A stretch of 32,000 bases of DNA. Origin: Mahella australiensis 50-1 BON. Lineage in GTDB: Bacteria; Bacillota; Clostridia; Mahellales; Mahellaceae. Below, one piece after another: positions 9,744-17,765 of the stretch. Within the stretch, counting starts at the first letter, position 1. Every line of letters starts with the position of its first letter. The position numbers and the translations under genes are program-made. The DNA lies in NCBI RefSeq assembly GCF_000213255.1, contig NC_015520.1:2317349-2349348 (forward strand), written 5' to 3'. The notes beneath the pieces were generated by a model. That model did not search any database. It was not told where the DNA came from and saw only the letters and a program-made list of their open reading frames with translations.

Positions 9744-10481
9744 ATGATGATATTGGTAAAGCTGATTTCCCTCGGCAAACGCTTCAAGGAAGTGCAAGCA
9801 GTAGATGATCTATCATTTGAGGTCAAAGGCGGTGAAATATTCGGCCTTTTAGGTGAAAACGGCGCCGGCAAGACCACCACACTGCGTATGCTGGCCACCA
9901 TGCTAAAGCCCACGTCGGGTACCGCTTCCATATGCGATCTCGATATAGTAAAACAGCCCTCGGAAGTGCGCAAACATATAGGCATATTATTCGGTGGCGA
10001 AGCTGGATTGTATGACAGACTGACAGCCCGCGAGAATATAGCCTATTTTGGCAAATTAAACGGCATGGACGATAATGCTCTTAAAAAGCGCATAGACGAA
10101 TTATCGCAGACACTTGACATGGAAGAATTCATAGACCGGCGCGTAGGCAAATTCTCAAAGGGTATGAAGCAAAAGGTCACAATAGCAAGGGCCATAGTGC
10201 ACGATCCGGAGGTAATGCTGCTGGATGAACCTACCGTAGGCCTGGATGTGACAGCCGCACGCACGTTGCAGGATTTTATAGCCCAATGCAGGGATCAAGG
10301 CAAGGCCGTCATATTCTCCAGCCATATAATGAGTGAAGTGGAAAGGCTTTGCGACCGCATAGGTATCATACATAAAGGCAGATTAGTAGATATAGGCACT
10401 ATAGACGGTTTAAAACAGCAGTATAACAATAGTAACCTGGAAGAAGTGTTTATACAGCTCATAGGAGGTAAAAGCGCGTGA
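9744..10481 (+). CDS. ABC transporter ATP-binding protein, NatA-like (ABC-2 exporter family)
   Basis: Walker A GENGAGKTT, signature FSKGMKQKVTIARAI, Walker B MLLDEPTVGLD. The true start is probably the in-frame TTG at 9753, because AAGGAG (9738-9743) abuts the ATG at 9744. Confidence 0.85.
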   Translation: MMILVKLISLGKRFKEVQAVDDLSFEVKGGEIFGLLGENGAGKTTTLRMLATMLKPTSGTASICDLDIVKQPSEVRKHIGILFGGEAGLYDRLTARENIAYFGKLNGMDDNALKKRIDELSQTLDMEEFIDRRVGKFSKGMKQKVTIARAIVHDPEVMLLDEPTVGLDVTAARTLQDFIAQCRDQGKAVIFSSHIMSEVERLCDRIGIIHKGRLVDIGTIDGLKQQYNNSNLEEVFIQLIGGKSA

Positions 10482-11644
10482 AAAGAACATGGATAGTATT
10501 TGCAAAGGAAATGAAGGATGCATTTCGCGACAGGCGTACGCTCATATTCAGTATTCTGCTGCCGGCCTTAATATTTCCCATACTCATGACCTTCATGAAT
10601 AACACTATAAGCAATGTAACAGAAGAAGCTACCGAAAACATCACTATAGCCTACATAGGGGAGGATTCGCAGCTTAAAGCATATCTTGACAGTCTGCCAA
10701 ACGTAACTATAATGGATTCGCAGGATCCTGAGGCCGACCTCGACGACAGCAAGGTATCGGTTATAGTTGAAGTAAAAGACGGCTTCGATGAAGCCATAGC
10801 ATCCGGTGCCAAGGGCGATGTAACACTAAAATACGATGAGTCAAAGGCTAAGTCTTCCATGGCCGCCTCTGTCATAAGGGAATCGATAAACGCCTTCGGC
10901 ACACAGCTAGCCCGTCAGCGTTTACAAGCTAAAGGCATAGACCCCGAATTCATAGAACCATTAAACATAGCATCGGTCAACGTGGCCAAGGCACAGGGTA
11001 CAGGAGCTATTATAATGTCGTTCTTATTGCCCATGTTCCTGTTGTTGTACCCGGCCACCGGGGCTATGGCCACCGCTATCGATCAGGGAGCAGGCGAGAA
11101 GGAACGCGGCACATTGGAGCCGCTGCTGGCTACACAGGTCAGCCGTACAGCATTGGCCATGGGCAAATGGCTCTCGACGTCTGCGGCCTCGATAATAGGC
11201 ACCATAGCTTTCATGGCTGGTTTTGTCGTGGCAGTGATATATAATCCTACGATGTTCGGCGAGGGCTTTACGGCTACACCATCAGCCGTGGTGGCAATAA
11301 CGGTACTGGGCATAATGATGGCTTTTATCTACAGCGCCGCCATGCTGGCTATGAGCGTCTTCGCGCGCAACATAAAGGAAGCATCCACCTACCTGAGCCC
11401 ATTTGTCATAGTAGCCATGATACCGGCCTATGCCACCATGTATACTGACATAAAGACTGTGCCGACGTGGCAGTACAACGTTCCACTGCTCAACGTAATA
11501 CTCATCGTAAAGGAAGCTCTGCTTGACAGCATAAACTGGGGGCATTTTGCTATAACCATGTTGTGGCTAATAGCATTGACCGTCCTATTCCTCGCTATGG
11601 TGGTGCGTATGTTCAACAATGAATCAGTGGTATTCAGAAGCTAG
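10478..11644 (+). CDS. ABC-2 family permease, NatB-like
   Basis: 388 aa with an N-terminal TM, a large extracytoplasmic loop and a C-terminal TM bundle. GTGA start/stop overlap with the ATPase gene. Confidence 0.8.
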   Translation: MKRTWIVFAKEMKDAFRDRRTLIFSILLPALIFPILMTFMNNTISNVTEEATENITIAYIGEDSQLKAYLDSLPNVTIMDSQDPEADLDDSKVSVIVEVKDGFDEAIASGAKGDVTLKYDESKAKSSMAASVIRESINAFGTQLARQRLQAKGIDPEFIEPLNIASVNVAKAQGTGAIIMSFLLPMFLLLYPATGAMATAIDQGAGEKERGTLEPLLATQVSRTALAMGKWLSTSAASIIGTIAFMAGFVVAVIYNPTMFGEGFTATPSAVVAITVLGIMMAFIYSAAMLAMSVFARNIKEASTYLSPFVIVAMIPAYATMYTDIKTVPTWQYNVPLLNVILIVKEALLDSINWGHFAITMLWLIALTVLFLAMVVRMFNNESVVFRS

Positions 11645-12906
11645 GCATAATCTTCCTGAAACATAGTACGGGCGACAGGGAACGGTTCCAAGGCGCGCGG
11701 CAGTATACCGTTTACATAAGCTATCAATACGCCATAATTTACCATGGGCACGTCCTGTTGCCTTGCTTTCTCCATACGGTATAGCATCTCGCGCCGGTTG
11801 AGCATACATGCGCCACAGTGGACTATTAGCTTAAATCGGCTCAGATCCTCCGGCATGGTAAGCCCGCTGGACCACTGAAAATTCAAGTCCCCGCCTACCG
11901 TCTGCCTTAACCATCTTGGTATTTTCACTGTGCCTATATCATCGGACTGCCGGTGATGCGTGCAGCCTTCGGCTATAAGCACGCTGTCCCCCGGCCTCAG
12001 ATCAGCCACGGCTTTGGCACCCTTGGCCAATTCTATAAGGTCGCCTTTATATCTCGCCATCAATATTGAAAATGAAGTGAGCGGTATATCTCTCGGCGTA
12101 TCGGCAGCCACCTTTTGAAAGACCTGCGAATCGGTTACAACCAAACGCGGTTTTGAGCTAAGACCGGTCAGTGCATCCCTAAGCCTATCCTCTTTTACCA
12201 CTACGGCCATACCATCATGATCCAGCACATCGCGTATAACCTGCTGCTGCGGTAATATAAGGCGCCCTTTTGGTGCCGCTTTATCAATAGGAACAACCAT
12301 TACTACAAGATCGCCTGGGCTTATCAAGTCTCCTATCAATGTAAGTTTTTCATCGTCATAAGGCGCATGGCGCACTATGGCCATCTTTAGCTCGTCAATC
12401 CCCTGCCCGGTAGCCGCCGATACTTCCACAAGCTCGAGTTTGAGTTTTTTCTCCCACTCTTTTAGCTGTTCTTGAGTATAAACAGCTTTATCGGCTTTAT
12501 TAACCGCCCCTACCACAGGTATATTTTTCTCACGTATACGCCTCAATATATTTTCCTCAAAGTCGGTTAGCCCAACCTCGCCGTCTATAACCAACACGGC
12601 GAGATCGGTACGGTTCAACACATCATATGTGCGCTGTATGCGCATCTCTCCCAACGGACCTATGTCATCCAATCCCGCCGTATCTATGATCACCACCGGT
12701 CCTATAGGTAAAAGCTCCATAGCCTTTGATACTGGATCAGTGGTAGTGCCGGCCACATCGGATACCAGTGCCGCTTTTTGATTGGTTATAGCATTTATAA
12801 TACTGGATTTACCAGCATTACGCCTACCGAATATAGCTATATGCATACGCGACGATGTCGGCGTAGTATTCATATCATCCATTATCCCTGTTATTTCTCC
12901 CTTCAC
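11641..12906 (-). CDS. hydF: [FeFe]-hydrogenase H-cluster maturation GTPase HydF
   Basis: GTPase motifs G1 GRRNAGKSS, G3 DTAGLDD and G4 NKAD. The C-terminal FeS-binding pattern is EGCTHH...VHCGACM (CxH...HCxxC). Confidence 0.85.
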   Translation of the reverse strand: MKGEITGIMDDMNTTPTSSRMHIAIFGRRNAGKSSIINAITNQKAALVSDVAGTTTDPVSKAMELLPIGPVVIIDTAGLDDIGPLGEMRIQRTYDVLNRTDLAVLVIDGEVGLTDFEENILRRIREKNIPVVGAVNKADKAVYTQEQLKEWEKKLKLELVEVSAATGQGIDELKMAIVRHAPYDDEKLTLIGDLISPGDLVVMVVPIDKAAPKGRLILPQQQVIRDVLDHDGMAVVVKEDRLRDALTGLSSKPRLVVTDSQVFQKVAADTPRDIPLTSFSILMARYKGDLIELAKGAKAVADLRPGDSVLIAEGCTHHRQSDDIGTVKIPRWLRQTVGGDLNFQWSSGLTMPEDLSRFKLIVHCGACMLNRREMLYRMEKARQQDVPMVNYGVLIAYVNGILPRALEPFPVARTMFQEDYA

Positions 12907-12926
12907 AGGCTACTCATTTAGGTAGC

Positions 12927-12994
12927 ATAAAAAATCGGTATAACCTTCATCTATAATTAAATTATAGCACATGCAAAACATTAAGGTTATACCG
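12927..12994 (-). terminator. Probable terminator of the DUF2089 operon (two-tier hairpin followed by a T-run on the minus strand)
   Basis: A perfect 12-bp stem, CGGTATAACCTT (12936-12947) with AAGGTTATACCG (12983-12994). An inner palindrome CTATAATTAAATTATAG lies at 12951-12967. The A-run at 12929-12934 is a T-run on the minus strand. Confidence 0.45.
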
Positions 12995-13009
12995 AAAATA
13001 TAATAAACA

Positions 13010-13372
13010 TTATTCTACGTATATTTCAACCTTCTGACCGTCACCACTGTCTATATCTACTATTTTACCTTCACTACCATCTTCCAGGGCTTTTGCTATT
13101 TCTTCCAAATCGATGTCTTCAGGCATGGAATCCTTAGCAAATTTATTGCCCAGCTTAAGTGCTACTTTAAGCATGGATAAAGGTACATTCACATTGACCT
13201 TGGTATTTTCGCTTTGATCAAAAACCCTTACATGGAGCATCTTATTTTTTGCATTGGTTTTTTGGATGTGGTCGCTGTCATCCACAGCGCTGAGCAATTC
13301 GGCGCCTTGCTCAGCGGTTATTTTACCATCCTGAAGCATCTTAAGGATCATAAGTCTCTCATCACTATCCAT
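13010..13372 (-). CDS. SHOCT-like/YvlB-N-terminal-like domain protein (uncharacterised)
   Basis: 120 aa. The N-terminal motif RLMILKMLQDGKITAEQGAELLSAV is typical of SHOCT-like helices. Last gene of a three-gene minus-strand operon. Confidence 0.55.
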   Translation of the reverse strand: MDSDERLMILKMLQDGKITAEQGAELLSAVDDSDHIQKTNAKNKMLHVRVFDQSENTKVNVNVPLSMLKVALKLGNKFAKDSMPEDIDLEEIAKALEDGSEGKIVDIDSGDGQKVEIYVE

Positions 13373-13387
13373 AGAAACGCCCCCTCT

Positions 13388-13759
13388 TCACAGATTTTTT
13401 AATATATTTAACGCTGTTTCAGCGTCGATTTCACCGTCATCCAATTGCCTAAGTATCTCCATATGTTCGTCTTTATTCGGTCTTACGACTTTATCTTTAT
13501 ATCCCATAGCCTCCACTAGGTTCTCCAATCGGCTTTTAACAGTGGGGTATGATATTCCTAATTCTTTTTCTACCTCTCTTATATTGCCACGGCACTTTAT
13601 AAACACCTCAGCAAAATACCTTTGTTCTTTGGTAAGATAGCAAAATTTACACAGATGGAAATGACCCTTCACCTCAGTATCACACTTCGGACAATGCAGC
13701 GCAGATACTTCCAATCGCTGTCCGCAGATAGGGCACACTCCTATTACAGTATTTTCCAT
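13388..13759 (-). CDS. DUF2089-family protein (N-terminal zinc ribbon plus HTH)
   Basis: CPICGQRLEVSALHCPKCDTEVKGHFHLCKFCYL (Cys4-type ribbon) followed by the HTH-like GNIREVEKELGISYPTVKSRLENL. The C-terminal tail LRQLDDGEIDAETALNILKNL is SHOCT-like. Confidence 0.7.
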   Translation of the reverse strand: MENTVIGVCPICGQRLEVSALHCPKCDTEVKGHFHLCKFCYLTKEQRYFAEVFIKCRGNIREVEKELGISYPTVKSRLENLVEAMGYKDKVVRPNKDEHMEILRQLDDGEIDAETALNILKNL

Positions 13760-13777
13760 GTAATTACCTCTTTCCCA

Positions 13778-14155
13778 TCATATAGCACGTATAAGCACAT
13801 GTGTCCGCCCACCCTCAGCATTTATATCCACGATATCCGTATGACCGCAACGGCTCAATTCACTTAAAAACGCATTTATATCCCTCGCGTTTACTCCATT
13901 AAGCCAATGTCCGGTCCCATCAGGCATAAAGAATTCCACTACATGATATATGCCAAACACCAAGTTTACCAATCCCTTAATAATAATTATAGGCAAAGGT
14001 GGTATATAGTTAATATGTACATCATCAGTATTTACGGCAATCTTTATAAAACAACTTTTCATGCGTCGCCGAGGATGTCTCCTTATAAGAGCTGCTCCCT
14101 TTTCAGGTGTTATCTCGCCGCGCTCTATACTCTCCAATATCTCAATAATATACAT
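13778..14155 (-). CDS. Hypothetical protein with SHOCT-like N-terminus
   Basis: 125 aa. N-terminus ILESIERGEITPEKGAALIRR. First gene of the operon, 22 nt upstream of the DUF2089 gene. Confidence 0.5.
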   Translation of the reverse strand: MYIIEILESIERGEITPEKGAALIRRHPRRRMKSCFIKIAVNTDDVHINYIPPLPIIIIKGLVNLVFGIYHVVEFFMPDGTGHWLNGVNARDINAFLSELSRCGHTDIVDINAEGGRTHVLIRAI

Positions 14156-14184
14156 AAAACCGCCTCAACTAGCTTTATATCTCA

Positions 14185-14245
14185 AGTATAAAACTATATA
14201 TTAAAAAAGTCAATATATAAATTAAAAATATTCATATATTGACTT
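14185..14245 (-). promoter_or_regulatory. Promoter of the DUF2089 operon overlapped by a 12-bp perfect inverted repeat (candidate operator)
   Basis: The minus strand reads TTGACT (rc of 14208-14213), a 17-nt spacer, then TATACT (rc of 14185-14190). Inverted repeat arms are AAGTCAATATAT (14207-14218) and ATATATTGACTT (14234-14245), 15 nt apart. Confidence 0.5.
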
Positions 14246-14305
14246 AAAATAATAAATATATAAGCTTATCTGATATCAAGACTTTAAGCTGATCCGTATG
14301 CGATA

Positions 14306-14334
14306 TTGCCTATATCCCTTTACTACTATATAAT
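14306..14334 (+). promoter_or_regulatory. Sigma-A promoter for the HAD phosphatase gene
   Basis: TTGCCT (14306-14311), a 17-nt spacer, then TATAAT (14329-14334). The RBS GAGGAG precedes the ATG at 14367. Confidence 0.5.
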
Positions 14335-14366
14335 AGTGATAGACAATAAAAGCACAGAGGAGAAAT

Positions 14367-15182
14367 ATGCAATACGAACTGATAGTGGCCGACATGGACG
14401 GCACATTGCTCAACGATAAAAAAGAGATATCACCTAAAAACCGCGAATATATAGAAAAATACAGAAAAGCGGGAGGCTTATTTACCATAGCAACCGGCAG
14501 AGGAAGGCCAGCTGTCGAGGATATAGTAAAAGAAATAAACATAAATATACCGGTCATAGTATATAACGGCGCTCAATTATATGATTTTCGCAATAAAAAG
14601 GCCATATACGAGGCATTTCTGGATCAAAAAGCTTATACAATGGCTTTGGTACTGCTGCACAAACTGAATATCACCTTCCTGGCATATCAGGGACCGCATA
14701 TGTGGGTGGAAAGGATATCACCTGTAATATTAAAACATCTGGCGAAAGAAAATATAAAAATAAACAATGTTACCGCGGCCTCTATAGATACCTTCCCGAC
14801 TGAAGGCATAAACAAGATATTGACCATAACCGAGCAAAGCGATTTCGACGAATTCGCAATGCTATTCTCTCAAGCAGGCCTTACAGGCGTGCGCTTCGTG
14901 CAATCTGAGGTAAACTACTTCGAAATACTGCCCGAGGGCGTATCCAAAGGACATGCATTGGAAGAATTGGCCGCATATCTTGACATCCCTCTGTCACAGA
15001 CAGCAGCTATAGGCGATCATATGAACGACATAGAGATGTTGCGCGCAGCCGGCCTTGGCGTTGCCATGGCCAACGCGCGCGACGAGGTTAAAAGATGTGC
15101 CCGCTTTATAACCAAATCTAACAACGATGACGGCGTAGCTTATTTTATAGAACTATTGCTCAAAGACCAAATTCCTAATTAA
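14367..15182 (+). CDS. Cof-type HAD-IIB family hydrolase (sugar-phosphate phosphatase-like)
   Basis: HAD motif I VADMDGTLLN and motif IV GDHMNDIEML. The length and cap region are typical of the Cof/YidA subfamily. Confidence 0.85.
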   Translation: MQYELIVADMDGTLLNDKKEISPKNREYIEKYRKAGGLFTIATGRGRPAVEDIVKEININIPVIVYNGAQLYDFRNKKAIYEAFLDQKAYTMALVLLHKLNITFLAYQGPHMWVERISPVILKHLAKENIKINNVTAASIDTFPTEGINKILTITEQSDFDEFAMLFSQAGLTGVRFVQSEVNYFEILPEGVSKGHALEELAAYLDIPLSQTAAIGDHMNDIEMLRAAGLGVAMANARDEVKRCARFITKSNNDDGVAYFIELLLKDQIPN

Positions 15183-15209
15183 AAGCCTTGCTTGTTACAA
15201 CAGTTGTGA

Positions 15210-15473
15210 TTATAAAATATTTTCTTGGCCCCCTTTTTCGAGTCCCATTATCTCTCTATTCGAATATTTAGTGGAGCGAAATGTATAAAAGATCACCGAA
15301 TCCTCATCTTTATTTATGATTTTGCTCAGTTCATATTTCAGCTTTTTATAGCCGGCTTCTGTAAGCTCACCCTCCAAAACCGAATTCTGCACCCAATAAA
15401 GATATCGTCGACATAGTTTCAACACCTTCGCAACACGGCTTTGGTTTACATCATAAACTAATATCACAAACAT
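15210..15473 (-). CDS. cas2: CRISPR-associated endoribonuclease Cas2
   Basis: 87 aa, with N-terminal MFVILVYDV (catalytic Asp in beta-1). Immediately downstream of cas1. Confidence 0.9.
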   Translation of the reverse strand: MFVILVYDVNQSRVAKVLKLCRRYLYWVQNSVLEGELTEAGYKKLKYELSKIINKDEDSVIFYTFRSTKYSNREIMGLEKGGQENIL

Positions 15474-15476
15474 AAT

Positions 15477-16472
15477 TCACCAACGTGATACAAACGGGCT
15501 ATATTCTTTCTCGCCCATAAAATGCTTTTCCAATTTATATAATTCCATGCGTATAATACTCCTGTAAGATACCTGGCGATGCAAATCCCTGTGATTTATA
15601 GTAGTGGCAAAACGTTTATCCAGTTCGGTCACAAAAGCCTTCTGAGCTTTTTCCTTCAATACAATACCGTCTGCATAAGATTGAAAATCGTTGGCTGTAA
15701 TCATGTTTTTACCAAGCAATGTAAATATAGCCCTGTCCACCAATATAGGCTTAAAAATTTCCGCTACATCCAGATTTAAGGTAAAACGTCGAAAGTTTGT
15801 GGTATGCAAATAGCCTATCCTCGGGTCCAGATGGGTTTTATATATCTCGCTTAGCACCAGTGTATATATGATAGAATTACCAAAACTTATGAGCGTATTC
15901 ATTCTATTCTGAGGCGGTCTACGGGTACGCTGTTCGAAAGCAAATGCCGGCTTGTCAATTATAGTATCGAAGCCTTTATAATATTGGTCCCGTATATTGC
16001 CCTCTATAGCCATCAATTCTTCTACACCGGTACATTCATATGTGATAGCATAGAGTTTATCTATTTCATCCGATATCGCCTGCAGAGAATCCCTGCCCCT
16101 ATTTATATAATACTTAAGAACATGCTGTATATTATCAGTGGCACCCTGCACAAAATGCCTGGCCAGGCATAGCCTTTTATCCACGTCCATATAGTACTCG
16201 GCCTGTTTTAAGATCATGTACCCCGAATTCAGGTGTTCTCTTGGATAAAAGCTGCCGGTATAATATCCATAGTGGTTGAAGAAATGTAAAAGTACCTCTT
16301 TTTGCGATAAGAATTCAATGAAGCGTTTATTGAAATTCACCTCTCCGAATATCATTATCTCGCTTATATCTTCTATGGGTATATACTTTGAACCGGCTTC
16401 TGATTTGAAATAAACGGTGTTGTCTTTGCGCTCGAATTCGCCACTTGAAAAGATGTAAAATGATTTTTTCAT
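15477..16472 (-). CDS. cas1: CRISPR-associated integrase Cas1
   Basis: Cas1-like motifs AIEGNIRDQYY, GYLHT and LDVAEIFKPILVDR. Start set to MKKSFYIF (ATG 16472), about 10 nt after GGAG. The ORF-track start at 16499 would overlap cas4. Confidence 0.9.
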   Translation of the reverse strand: MKKSFYIFSSGEFERKDNTVYFKSEAGSKYIPIEDISEIMIFGEVNFNKRFIEFLSQKEVLLHFFNHYGYYTGSFYPREHLNSGYMILKQAEYYMDVDKRLCLARHFVQGATDNIQHVLKYYINRGRDSLQAISDEIDKLYAITYECTGVEELMAIEGNIRDQYYKGFDTIIDKPAFAFEQRTRRPPQNRMNTLISFGNSIIYTLVLSEIYKTHLDPRIGYLHTTNFRRFTLNLDVAEIFKPILVDRAIFTLLGKNMITANDFQSYADGIVLKEKAQKAFVTELDKRFATTINHRDLHRQVSYRSIIRMELYKLEKHFMGEKEYSPFVSRW

Positions 16473-16486
16473 GCTATCCACTCTCC

Positions 16487-16987
16487 TTATGCCCAGCACA
16501 TTTCAGCATATGCACAGCTAGTACACCAATGAACCCTGGCAGGTTGCGGTGGTAACTCGGCACTCACAATATCGGCAATTGCCGCACAAGCCCTATCCAA
16601 CTCAACCTGCGCTTCTTGGTCTAGGCGTACATCTATGATTTCCCTTTCCTCAGGAAACATCAACTGGCCTTCTGCTTCGATGCCCAGTTTCTTAAGTTCA
16701 GATAAGTAAAACAAAAGCTGCATCCTAGCGCTTTGAAGATACTTTGAGCTCTTCTTTACCTCTCCTATTACAAGTCCACCATCATCTTTCTCCAAAAGAT
16801 CTATCTTTATATTGCCCACCGCTATTTCCTTTTTATCGCGCTCATAGCTGTGCTCGTGCAAAAAGCGCCCCCACTCTATATTTTCATCGTGCTCATCAGG
16901 CGTGAGGTGTCGTGCCATAAGCCACGTTTCTCTCGGACATATATAATAATACCATATGAGCGTGCCGTTTATATCAACGTCTTCCAT
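16487..16987 (-). CDS. cas4: CRISPR-associated RecB-like exonuclease Cas4
   Basis: 166 aa with an N-terminal Cys (YICPRETW), a D...EVK nuclease motif (DLLEKDDGGLVIGEVKKS) and the C-terminal Cys cluster CTSCAYAEMC. Confidence 0.9.
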   Translation of the reverse strand: MEDVDINGTLIWYYYICPRETWLMARHLTPDEHDENIEWGRFLHEHSYERDKKEIAVGNIKIDLLEKDDGGLVIGEVKKSSKYLQSARMQLLFYLSELKKLGIEAEGQLMFPEEREIIDVRLDQEAQVELDRACAAIADIVSAELPPQPARVHWCTSCAYAEMCWA

Positions 16988-17377
16988 ATGTTGTCACGTC
17001 CTTTGAATCATTGTTTCTTCTGCTTGTCCACTCTATCAAACTAGAGTTATTGTTCCTAACATTATATCTTTCGGCAATTTACCATATAACCTGAAGTTAT
17101 CCTTTAAGTTATTAGCTGCGAGTTCTCGTAACCTCAGGCATGAGAAGAGCAACTATCCTTCTTTCTGAATACGAATAACCATATCAAATTCATTTAAGTT
17201 AACATCATTGCTCCCATACATCTCTTTTAGTTTAGCTTTAAATTCATTAAGTGTTTTGGTCGAAAGTAATATTATTTTATTTTCCTCGAGGACAATAATT
17301 TATACCATCTCCTCCTAGTACAATATAGTTGTAATCAATCAACAGTAAAAATACTGCTAAAGTTACCTCAGTTCACC

Positions 17378-17396
17378 AGTTAACGAAGCGTTAACT
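17378..17396. repeat. Perfect 8-bp stem / 3-nt loop hairpin abutting the left end of the IS
   Basis: AGTTAACG-AAG-CGTTAACT read directly. It ends 6 nt before the IS left inverted repeat. Confidence 0.7.
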
Positions 17397-17419
17397 AGTA
17401 CCCTAAATATCAAGCATGT

Positions 17420-17760
17420 CACCTTTATGTCTCTGCTATAAGAAGAGGCATCCAATGGATGTTTACACTTCAACCGGCTCCCTATCTTAGCCATTTTGCC
17501 AGCTTACTGCTGGCCTGAACCTTGTCAATCATATATAATATCTTCTGGACTTGGAGATTTGATGTAACTCCTCCTGGGACGGTTCTTTATGGAGCCGATT
17601 ACTTGTAATTTAGTCTATCTATCCATTCCGGTAAGTTTATATGTTTTGACTGGTTGAGGCCAGCTCCTTGGCTGGTTCCTCGTGTCACATGCTAGGTTGC
17701 ATACTTATCTGGAGATGGAATGGTTGCTCCTAAGCCCAAATATTTAATTTTATGGAGGTC
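17420..17760 (+). ncRNA. Candidate IS110 bridge (seek) RNA region in the non-coding left end
   Basis: No ORF on the plus strand. There are two similar hairpins, GCCAG-CTTACTG-CTGGC (17498-17514) and GAGGCCAGC-TCCTTG-GCTGG-TT-CCTC (17656-17681). The position upstream of the recombinase matches where IS110-group elements encode the bridge RNA. Exact ends are unknown. Confidence 0.3.
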
Positions 17761-17765
17761 CTTTT

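Noticed and set aside
12948-12982. hydF promoter inside the terminator loop (TGCTATAAT on the minus strand)
   Set aside because: The extended -10-like sequence is real, but there is no -35 and it sits inside a strong hairpin. The evidence is insufficient to annotate it.
14276-14557. 93-aa minus-strand ORF across the HAD gene start
   Set aside because: It overlaps the HAD promoter and the well-supported HAD N-terminus (DMDGTLLN) on the opposite strand, and has no motif support.
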